Shown: positions 49,701 through 61,700 of the stretch, piece by piece
How positions within the stretch are numbered: the stretch's first letter is position 1
Layout: each line of letters starts with the position of its first letter
NCBI GenBank assembly: GCA_905178155.1
Contig: CAJINV010000033.1
Coordinates: 84,736-148,735 of the forward strand
Length of the DNA stretch: 64,000 bases
Direction of reading: 5' to 3'
Origin: Amoebophrya sp. A120
Lineage: Eukaryota; Protista; Dinoflagellata
Position numbers and translations under genes: made by a program
The notes under the pieces: generated by a model
What the model saw: only the letters and a program-made list of their open reading frames with translations
Database searches by the model: none
What the model was told of the DNA's origin: nothing

Positions 49701-52700
49701 CTTCCAGGTGTTGCCTATTCTGCATGAAAGGGACACGCCGTTGGGTCGTCCGCCATCGTGATAGGATCGCCGTGTCTGATCATTCGACCCCCTGTATGCT
49801 TTTTAGCGCGCAACCGGTCACAGAAGTAAGTCTTAGAGCAAGTTTGTAAGACTAACCCATCAAGGCAATACTGGAGCTCCACCGTGCTCGCGGGCTTGGA
49901 TGGTAAGGCAGGTCAGCCACACATAGCGCCCACTGGCTGTAGCCATGCGTAAGCAATCGATAGCAGTTTTGCAGGTGCAGCCGGGTGGTAGTTAGGAAGT
50001 GGGCCGGGTCCCCACGACCTAGGGGCATCGGCAGAGGCTAAATGTGTTCTAGCGCCCAGGTATTGGCAGAGGCTAAATCTGTTCTAACGCCAACCCGCCA
50101 GGAGTTAAATGGTACTACTACTACTACTGCATGACAGAAAAATGGTGCTCTTGGGTAACGTGCATGACTACAGATTCGAGAGTCATGCCAGACAAGCATG
50201 ACAAACATGCATTCTCCCAGACCCAGACATTTTTGCAGTTGATAGCGCACCTGGTTTAACTACGGCGTCGGCATGGCAAACCCCATCGCAAGTATTTTCC
50301 GCAACAACCGGGAGCTGTGCGAGAAGGTCCCCGTGGCTCTGATCTACGACTTCGCTTTCGCGCTGCAGGCCCGGTCCCGCGGCTTCTTGCCGCACCAGCT
50401 GGCGTTTTTCCACTCGATCCTGGTGGTGGGGGACCGAAAAATCAACCGAAACGCGGATATTCTAGCGGAAATCCTGTCGAAGCCAAGGTTTGATAAGGTT
50501 CTCCACTGCTTGTTCGACTCCGACGGGCGGAAGAAACGCCGGAGCATGCTGCGGAAGTTTGCGAGTTTGGAGGAATTGTCGAAGCCCGAGCCGTATGAAT
50601 TGCAAAAGTATCGTACTCGTATAAACGCATTACAAATTTCCTCAGCATGTTGATAAATAAAATTTGTAAAAATGCGGATATACCTAAGGAAAAAGATTTG
50701 TAATGCATGGGCGCAATTACTACGAGTACGAGACTTTTGCACAGGATAAGCCGTTCCGAAAGTGGAACGGCGACGACGCCGAGCTTGTCTACTCCGTGAA
50801 GTCGGTCGAGCTTCTCAGCTTGATTTGCCTCGGCCAGGGTGACGGCGGACGGTCCAGCTTCGTGGTGAACATGATTTCGCCAGACTCACTGACGGTCCAG
50901 TACATGGAAGTCCATGAGACCGTCTACATTACCACCGAGCCGGTCGGCGGCCAGCCCTCGATCTCCAAGGCCGCACAGGAGATGGCCCGGGTGTTACAGG
51001 GCGCGATGCTGGACCTGATGTCCAACTGCTACTACGAGACGGAAGTAAGGGACGACCGGTTCTGGAATTCGGATATTCACTTGTATCTACTCGAACTGCT
51101 CACCACGGAAATTGACAAAATCTTCAACGTATCAACTGCAACTATGTCTGGGGCTGGGAGATTGCGAGACTTGTCATGCTAGTCTGGCATGACTCTGAGC
51201 TCTCTATTACGTGGCCGCGAAGAGCTCCGCTTGCCCGTCATGCAAAAACGCAGTCTCTCGTGCGGAGTACGCAACTCAGAACCACAGCAAAACTTGTCAT
51301 GCTGGGCAGCGCATTACAGTGCTTTCACTGTACAACTCCCTTCCCTGCAACACAGGTTTCCAGACCCAGACATGTTTGCATTTGATACAACGTGAGTGCA
51401 AAGAACCGCCCGGTCACGGACAGCGAGGAGATTTTCGTCCACAGGGTGCTCCGCGCGCTAAACAACTACGTGCAGTGGGCGATGAGCATCACGGAGAAGC
51501 ACGGCACCACGCACAAGGGCATCCTGGATTTGTGCTATCCTGAGTAAAAACGTCCCCACACCAGAGTTGTCATGCAGATTTGCAATGACAGGAACATTTG
51601 TAATGCGCATCGCCAGGAGAGGCATTTTTAGTCGTGTTTTGGAATTTGTAATGTTGTAAACAGGATGAGCAGATGGATTTCTGATGCAGCTGGCCATGCG
51701 AACCTGCACTAAACTACGGACTGCAACTTGTGACGCGTGACCCTCAAAAGTTCTAGGTTTGTGTTGCAAAATCCCCATCTTGACTAGGTTTGTGTTGCAA
51801 AATCCGCCGCATTTTTTTAAAAAATTGCCGGTTGCAGCGGCATCTAACTCGAAGTTTGACAAAGCACTTTATAAGAAAAAGCACTTCGTAAAGAAAAGCA
51901 CTTCGTAAAGAAAAGCACTTCGTAAAACAAAACGTAGTCATGTAAAGCAGCACGGCAGATACTTCAACATACTAGCAGTGTGCGGGGGGGGCCAATGTGG
52001 TCCCCCCCACGCGCTGCGCCTATAAATAAAACACGCCAGGGAATTTTCTTTTTTTTCCAGCAGAGGCTGGCTGTGGGACTTGGGGCAATGCCGGGGATTA
52101 GAAATGCAAATATGATGGCAGTGCGTTTCTACTCTTAAGTATCCTGCTTCAAACATGTTTTATTTTTTTTTGGCCTTTTGTCACGCTCTTTGTCATTGTC
52201 TTTGGATTAGTACCGCGTCACACAATTGCACAAGTATTTAGAAAACATCATGGAAAATGGCACGCGGAGTCGGAAACATTGAAAACGACGCCGAGCTCGA
52301 CGGAGCCGCATGAAGGGCGGCGGGGGGTTGGAAGATCTGCGCGCGTTGTCGGGGCCACAGAAAGAGGAAGACCAGGCCGCGGGGCATACGCACGCGGGGG
52401 AGGAGGGGGAAAACGGAGGCGAAACGAGAACAAGGGGCGCAGTACGAAAACGGATCGAGAACCAACATGCTGGAGCAGGGGACAAGAGCGGAAAAGTAAG
52501 AAATCGGGAAAAAAAAGCCGTATACCTGCGCAATTCCTTACATGTGAATAACATGGTGGGCGGGAGGGGTTCTTCACATTTTTGGAAACGCCCACCGCCC
52601 CGACTAGAATAACTGAATGATGAAAAAATTGGGGGCAGGGCAAAAAAAAAATCCCCATCTTGACTCTGGTGTGGGGATGTTTTTACTCAGGATTTGTGCA

Positions 52701-55700
52701 GGGGCCGGATGAGCGGGCTGCTGAAGCAGATTCAGAACCGGGAGTTGCCCATCAGCAAGGACGTGTTTCTGATCGAGAACAAGCGGCTAATCGCCTGGAT
52801 CGAGGGTTCCGACGCGAAAGACCAACTTCGCATTCCGTCCGGGGTCATCACCGGCACGGCGAACAAGGGCCAGCAGGGCAACAGGAAGTCCTCCAGCTCC
52901 TCCTCCTCCGACAGTCATCATGGCGACCTGAAGCACAGTCGCGGGCGGTACACGCGGTTTCTGTCGCAGTTGAAGCACTCGCCACTGGTGAAGCACGAAC
53001 TGCAGCGGGAATCGGACCTCTTGATCGCGAAGATGATTTCCATCGACCAGTACACCGATCCGACCAACGCGCAGTTTCAGTCGGCGAAAAAGCTGTCCAT
53101 GGCCACGGGGCAGCCGATCGGGTGCGACTACCGCCGGATCAAGATCAAACTCGAAGATTTGGTCGACCGCATGGTGCGCCACTGCATGCAGATCATGGGC
53201 GAGATTAGTGGCATGCCGACGATCTTGCGAGTGTACGAGCTGCTAAATTTGATCATCGACTACTGTGATATTAGTTCGGGCAGTACTACTACGAACGCCA
53301 TGTACACCCTGGTCGAGTGTCAAACCATTTTCACGAAAGCCGGCGTGGTGCGGCTGATCATCGAGACCTTGATGCTCAAGCCGGACGCACACATCACGCA
53401 GAAAGCGCTTTCCTTATGGCGTTCTCAAACGTTACATTCTCGACTTGTACATGAAATCTGTCATGCAAGAATGGCAAGAGTGAAAGGGAAAAGATCGGCC
53501 CTTTTGCATTACAGGTTTGGAGCAGATTATAATGGTATCTAGCGCGTCGAGAAGTTGTCATGCGGAGAAGGCTTGATCGTGTGCAGAGCGATAGTATTTT
53601 TGCATGACAAATCATGTAACAGTTGAGAATGTAACATTTGAGAACGCCATACTCCTTGGGGATTTCCATGCTGCGGCCGAACAACGAAACCGTGCAGCAG
53701 GCCTTCACCTATCACAGGAAAAAAGTGTATACAGTTACACATTTGTTGGAGTTTCTGCATCACAGAGTGGCTCGTCATGGCAAAGAAAACCTGTAATGTG
53801 CAGACTATAAGGGAAAACACGAATGAAATGAGATAGGCAAGCATGTCCTGCATGACAGAGGTTGTCTGTCTTGCTTGTCTCCCATTGGAGTGTGTAACTG
53901 TAACACTTTTTTCCCACGATATCACCGAGGTGTTCTACAGTACGGACGATTCCGGACTCTGGTCGGTCTTCTGCACGATTTACGACCAAATTCTGAACAA
54001 CTTGAAACCCGTCCGGACGCTGAAGAAGGTGCAGCGGAAGTACGAGCAGAAGCGGGCCCAGGTTCGCAAGGAGCGGCCGGACTTGGCCGCGCAATTGGAC
54101 GAGGTGTCTGACTCGGCCTTGACCAGCGAAGAGCAAGAGTATTTGCAAATCTGGTCCGATATCCTACCGAAAAAAGCATAATGAAACCATGTTGATTTCT
54201 TGATGTGAAGATGCAAATCGAAGTCGACTCATGCTGAAAATTTACCACGTGCAGCATGCCATGTGTGTGCGCTCCCGCCTCATGGCAAACCCGCTTCCTG
54301 TGTCGTGCAACTACGATCTATATTTTCGCATGACTTTCACATCAAGTCGAAGTTGTCTTCTGCGCCGTTTTTCGGTGTGATCTCTGAGCAGGTCGAGAGC
54401 TGCTGCAAGTGCATTGAGTTCCAGCAGAAACTGTCCGAGGGGCACAACCTAACCATGCAGAACTACACCTACAACCAGCACGACAACTCGGCTATTACAA
54501 TGAAAAATGCCCCCACCCCCGAACTTGGGAGCATTTGTATTGCAAACCTTTCCAAATGAAACATTCGCCCTCTTGCATCTATCAGCATCACAGATCTCCA
54601 ATCGTGAATAGCAAAAATTTGTATTGCAAAATACCCCAGCAAGAGCGGCGCTTGTCGTGCAAGCGATGCGATAGATACACACCTAGGCTCTGCATCAGAA
54701 AGATTCATACTCCTTTCATGCATGACAAAAAGTTTTCATTTGGAAACTTCGCATCACAAATTTTTGCAATTTCAGGGTTGGGGGGCACTTTTCGCTGTAA
54801 TATCGGCGTCAGTGAATTTTGTGGAAAAAACTGTGGACTTATTTGTGAAATTGACCAAGTCCCGGGAAATTGTGGACGACCTAGACGAAGAAGAGCTAAT
54901 ATGCATTGCGAACACCAATTATATCCCTGGATGTCTGGAAGGTTGCAACTTGTCATGCTAAGTCTTGGATGATCATGCAAAAGTCTGTGTTGCATGATTA
55001 CCAAAAGTTGTTCACTTTTGACCAGGTTAAGAGGCAGTTTCTCATGCAGGATAGGCCTGATAGAGATCTCACTCTCACAGCATTGGTCATGTTAGGCGCT
55101 GGCGCATTCCAGCCCTCATGGGTCATGGAAAACTGGCATCATAACTCGTGCATTCTTCCAAACTACCCGCCAGACATATTTTTTGCATTTGATAGCTAGC
55201 GCTCGCCTGCAACAGCCTGGATCTGATCATCGAAGTCTTGCAAGGGCCGTGCGCGAGGAACCAGGTGTACGTGTCTGTGTCCGGGCTGGTGGAGCAAATC
55301 AACAAAATTCTCCGCTGGCCCTTCGCGAACATCGTCGATTTGAACGACGTATGATCCTGTGCAAAAGTATCGTACTCGTACTGTAATTGCAGTAGTTATG
55401 CAGGACAAATCTCTTACTCTTTCTCGAGGCAAATCGGCATTACATAATGCTGAGGTAATTTCATATTCATTTGTATTGCAATTTACGCTAGTCGCGCGAT
55501 ACTCTTGTATCAATGCATACGACGGCGATCAGTACCCGGACAGCGTGCGCGAGCTGAAGTACAAGTGCTGTCTCTGTTTGAACTGTCTGCTGGAACTTCG
55601 TCCGGACACAGAAGTTATCCACTGGAAGAACCATGTCTGGGTCTGGAAACTCGTACTGCTGGGTTTGGAATATTAGTGTATCATGCTCTCTAGTAAAAAT

Positions 55701-58700
55701 GCACAGCCAAGCATGTTGAGAAATATCATCTGCGCTGCTTTTTAGTGTTGCGTTTTCCGCGTGACGGACTGCGTTTTTGCGTGGCAGTACATACATAGAT
55801 ACAAAAGGGTCTGCTCGTCTTCTTGGACACGCATTGTCACAAAGAACAACTCTTCAGTCATGGCAAAAGACAAGCCTGAAGACCACAAACCTTCGTATCC
55901 TTCCAGACCCGGTGGACATGATTGCGATGCATAGAAGTGCACCGAAATATCATCCACCGCGTGGACATTTCCACCTTTCAAAACCGAGTCATTTTTGCGC
56001 ACCGCTATTTCTTGTCCGAGGTGCTGAACTGCGGACCCACAATATCCTGAAGAAAAACGTCCCCACACCAGCGTCAAGATGGAAAATCTGCTAGACAAAT
56101 CAGCCAGCTTTGGTTGTTTCGCATGACAGGTCTATCCTCGTAGTGTAGTCGTGTTTAGGTAGTTTACCAGCGTCACAGATCTAGCATATCGTGCTGGTTA
56201 TAGCATCATAAATTCCAAAACACGACTAGGGAATGCGAGTGCCTCTCATGGCGCTCCGCATGAGAAACTTTTTTGGCGTGCAGATTTGCATCACAACTCC
56301 GGGGTGGCGGTGGGGACGTTTTATCTCAGAATACACAAATCTAGAGGCCTTCGACGAGCCGGACACTAAACTGAAGCTCCCCAATATCGCAAGAAATGCG
56401 TGTTACAGTTACACATTGTGTTGCAGGCAGAGCGAGACAGACAAGCTCTGTCATGCCGGGTATGCATAGGAGCGTTGTTTCATACGCGTTTTCATTCCCG
56501 TAGGAGTCACAACAAATGTGTAACTGTAACACTTTTTTCGTGTGATACCCAATAAGTCGCCACAGTTGGTGGTGGAAAACTTTACGAATGATTTAGGCAT
56601 TGCAGGAGCAACAGTATCTTCTGATATTAGTAGCAATTGCTAGAAGTGCTCGTGGTCCTCACAAAAATACGAGAAATAGAACTTGCATGCAATCATGTTG
56701 TTGACGTTTGGAAAATGGTCATGTAGGAATATAATTGCAGTTGCTACTATGAATTAAGTAGGTGCATGAAAAATACTTTTGCAGAGGATATGGTCAGTTG
56801 CAAGACTATTTCGGCTATGGATTGTAAAAATGTCTGGGTCTGGAAGATTGTCAGATTTGTCATGCAGCTTTTCCATGACCCACGAGGTCTGGAATGCAGG
56901 GCCTAGCATGACAGATTCTATGCGATCTCTCTCATGCCTACCCTGCATGAGAAACTCCCTCCCGACTTGGTCAAAACTGGGCCACTTTTGGTAATCATGC
57001 AACACTGATTTTTGCATGCTTCAGATTTAGCATGACAAGTTGCATTCTTCCAGACCCACACACTTTCACATTTGATATCGGCGAGGCCTGGGAGCTGATC
57101 ATGGTGATGAACCAATTGTCTGAAGCGGACGAGTATGCACTGCAAAAATGTCGGGGTCTGGAAGGATGGAACTTGTAATGCTTATTCTGGATCGTGCAAA
57201 AATCTGTGTTGCATGAATGCCAAAAGTTGTCCACTTTTGACCAAGTTGAGAGGAAGTCTCTCATGCAGGATAGGCATGATAGGGATCTCACAGGATCTGT
57301 CATGCTAGGTCCTGCATTCCAGACGATGCAGCTCATGGAAAATATGCATGACAAGTCTCACAATCTTCCAGACCCAGACATTTTCGCATTTGATAACGAG
57401 GACTTCAAAAAGGCCGCAAGACCAAACTTCGCGCTGGCCGAGAAGCAGTTTGGCCCACTGGACTTCGCCAACGACAGCGAGCGGCAAACCGCGGAAAACG
57501 CCCGGACGTACGTATCGCGAGGGAAAATCCTCCCTTCCCATATCAAGATGGAAATCTGTGATGCAGATTTTTGGTCACAATGCTATAAGGGCAATAAAGT
57601 TGCGGACTGTAGTGCTGGGTGGTGTGGGAAAGCCTTGCATATTCAGCATGACAGGTGGCAGCTGGAATTGGGACACAGCATGACAAATTAACTGCAAGCG
57701 AAGCCACAGCTGCGGCTGTTGGCCTTCTAGCAATACAAGTCGATTTGTGTTGTACTCAAATACAGCACGATAAATTCGTTTTCGATGTTGGGAGCAGGGC
57801 GGATTTTTCTTCTTGATAGTGCGCGAAGAAGTTTGTGTTGGCGCACGAGTTTTTCTCGCGGTGGATTAAATCGATTGAAATCATGGTGGACGGAAACATT
57901 TTTGACGTGTGGTTCTATGCATTTTTGCAAAAGTGCAATATAGTATCCGATACTCGGTGTATAAAATAAAGTTGCGGTCGTGCATGTAGTGATAAGTCGA
58001 ACTTCATCGTCCCACCTGAAGATCTAGAAGCATTGCATTTTTTTCTTGAAATTTTTTTGCACGCTATTCCTTTTTATTATAGTTCTCCGATACTTTAACT
58101 TTTGCAATGCATATACTCCGCATGCCAGTGATTTGCGATTTTGTGTTGGGCAGTGCGAAAAGGGACATTGTGAACAAAATCAACTTCTCGTCGCCAGAAG
58201 AAAAAGCGGCCGAGTTCGTGGAAATGAGCGAAGCGATCTTCGCACAGGTACTTATTCCACAAATACTCCATACTTTCTAGAAGCACTACTACTTAAACGA
58301 CGAGGCAACACTATTTCATTTATCTTGCCACCAGCACGAAAATCTGACCAATGGTGTTTATTCATGCGCTAGTACAACGAACTCCTACTTCAACTACGTA
58401 GAAGCAAAAATGCTCGCACGTGATGAATTATTTTTTTAAAATAGCGCTGCAAAAGAAGAAGAACAACGTAAGTACTATCTCTCATCTACCTCTACACAGA
58501 CGGAGCACACTCGTGCGCTTTCGAAGTGGGAGTGGCCGATGGCGTTGTTGGTTCCAGGGCCGGCGAAGCGGCCGTTCAACTTTTTTCTGAAGAACGATTC
58601 GCAGAACTTGATGCGAATATCGGAGTACACGCTCTACATCGCAGTAGTGTTAAATTTGATCCTGGGAAACAACATGTACCTTGCTGACGTGAACGATGTG

Positions 58701-61700
58701 CAGGGAGATTTGCACCACCCCATCTACCCCATCCTCCACGCCGACGCCTATTGGTCCGTGATGGCAATCGCTTGGTTCTACCAGGTGCTCTATCACATGC
58801 AAATATGTTGTCTGGCTCTGGGAGGTGGTCCTCTGGGCAAAGCGGCTTACTTTTGATGTAGCGCATGAACGCACTCTTACAAGTTTTAGTTTATTTTTCG
58901 GTCACCTCGTCATGGAGAATTCATTCGCATGCAGCAAGCAAAGAAGTTGTTTGTTACCTCGTGGTCCCAGCACGACAAAAAAACTGGTCATTCCTATTCA
59001 TGCAACAGGATTACTAAAGAAGATTTTGGGGTTAAAATTTAGTACATTGATTCCGCAAGATCACACATGACATCTATCAGCATCCAGACCCACCAGACAT
59101 GTTTGCAATGTATATTCGAATGCTGATTACCAGCTTTATTTCCATCTGCCTCTACTCCCCTCTGGACCTGCGCAAATTTGAGGAAGAAACGAAAGTCGGC
59201 AAAAACGCGAGCTTTTTTGAGTACGTGAAGTCGACCAGGCCACTCGATTATCCACTGCAATAGAACAAATATGGTCTTCATCAAGTTGTCTGGAAAATGA
59301 CAACTGAGCTTGTCTTTGTCATGGTAAATGTGAACCGTGCATCGAAGTAAATCTGTGTTGCGTCAGCGGCAAATGCTACCCAATTTTCCTCGCCAAGCAA
59401 AGGGCGAACTTTCATCAATATGGAAAAATGGGTGTTTTCAAGCTCCGTTACGCAATCTTTTGTGACGCAGTTGTAGCTGCTTCCTCTGGTGTTTTTTTAC
59501 AACCTTTCTATCTTCGTCAACTTCACGAGAAGATTCGATTGATAAATGACTAATTCCAGAACAGCACCATCCAAGTTTCAATGCATATCGAAACCCTGTT
59601 GGCGGTGCTCACTCTGATCGCCGCGGTATACTGCTTTTCCATTCTCTACAAGATGCACTGGCTATCCTACAGAAAAAAGCGGTCAGGGCATATTTGCGAC
59701 GAAAAAATAAGTTAAGACAGAGAAATCAAATCACTCTGTTTAAATTCATCTGTGCTGGGCGCTCCGCGTGCTGTTTAAATTACAGCATACAAAGGACATG
59801 TTGCAAGAGGGATTGGTTCTTTTGCGTCTTTATTTTTGCATTACATACAAGTACCTGCTTTTTTTTCCGTGTGACACTGGCTGGCCTCCGTGATTGCGGT
59901 TTTCTTTCTGTGCGGGTTCTGGGACGACATTTGGCAGAAGCCGGAGGGGCACCGCCGAAACCACCGGTGTCCAAACAACTACTGGGCGCATCTGATTCGG
60001 ACGGTCGCCTATGCACCGCACATATGTCTGGGTCTGGAAAGGACAAGAAGTGAACTTCTCATGCGCATTCCACAACACACACAAATCTCTCATGCATAGG
60101 CAGCAAAAGTTAAAGTTGCCCACTTTCTGTCAGGAAATTGGGGGATTGTCATGCGGATTAGGAATTGTAGAATCTTCTCGATACCTGTGAAGATGCTAGG
60201 GCCTCCATGCCCGACCTTCTGTGTCATCCAAAAACAGCATGACAAAAATCTGCACCCTTCCAGACCGAGACATATTTGCATTTGATATCGCCATCGCCGG
60301 GGAAATATGCATTGCAAAAGTATCGTACTAGTATAGATTGCATCACAAATTTTTTCAAGAAGAGAAATGGAATTTGTAATGCTGATTTAGCTAAAAAGGG
60401 ATATTTGTCATGCATGATCGCAATTACTACGAGTACGATACTTTTGCACAGGATAGGAAAGAAGACCAATCTGGCGCCGCGTCGGACTGTCCATCATTTG
60501 TTGGCTGGGCATCTTTATGAATTGCAACAAAAGTACCGTAGTTTAAGTATCTTAATTGCAGCGCTGCCTGGAATTGGAAACTCAAATTTTTCATCAGGCA
60601 GCTTACAACTACGTAGTAATCTATTCTATTGAAATCAAAGTACTTACTCTTAGTGCGGTACTTGTGTAAAAATGCATAATCTTTGATGCGTGGTATTTCT
60701 TTTCCTTTCTGCTCCTGGACACGATGTTTCAGTACCCCATGCTGGAAAACGGTATCGAAGCGGAAAAAAAGCTCACCGCACACGACCCCGAGGACCTCGA
60801 CTGGTGGCCTTGCATGACAAGAAAACAGGTTACTACTTCTTGCCACGTTCAGCATTACAAGTTCCAATGCATACAAACCTGGCTTCTATCGAAGTGGATG
60901 AACAAGTTTGTGATGCGCGACTCTGCTTATTGATGTCGTTCTCGTTTGTAGATCCACAACATTCCACCAGGTTTGTACAACTACTCCAACGCCAACGTCG
61001 TGCGCGGAAAAGAAATTCGAATTGCATAACCTTGTTGAAAGCGGTGATGATACCGATAAAATCGCTGGGGCTGACCTTTCTACTTGGAATGATCATCATG
61101 TACACTTACGCGTTTGTGGGATTTTACTACTTCCGCCCGGATTTCTATCGCACGAAATACTTGCGGTCCCAGTCTCAACTTGTTGTAACAAGAACAACTT
61201 CGATAATTGTCGATTTTTTTTGTCCTCGAAGACGCATTAAATTTGTCTCCATTGAACTTCCCTTCACTGCTAAAATGGGCGGTGTTGCGTCGTTCAAGAT
61301 GCCTGGCTCTCAATGCAATCCAGTGCAGACAATTTACCTTCAGGAAACTTAGACAGTTCGTTAGCAGTTCCTGGCTCGCCTTGGCAGCTATTACAGTGCC
61401 GAAGAAGCTTGCTCCACATTGTCTTCCTGATGCGCCATGTCGAGCATGGCAGAATCTGTTATGCTGGACATGGCGGAAGAAAGCCAAGCATAGGTGGCTT
61501 TCGTGCGTTTTTTCTTTTGCTTTTGATGCATCAGAGTTTTTACTTTATATGAATGTGAATCGGTATGTAGCTGAAATTCCAATCTTCAAAAGGCCATCTA
61601 CTGAGACTGAGACATTTTTTTTTTCTTGCGATATCCCTGAGGGCGCCTGCACAAATATCGCGGATTGCACGGTGACGACGATTTATCAGGTAATATAGCA

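Noticed and set aside
40426-60752. Selection converting introner 5' ends to GT
   Set aside because: Among nine elements with a mismatch at repeat position 5, only three have G on the left (40431, 40886, 60753), which is too weak
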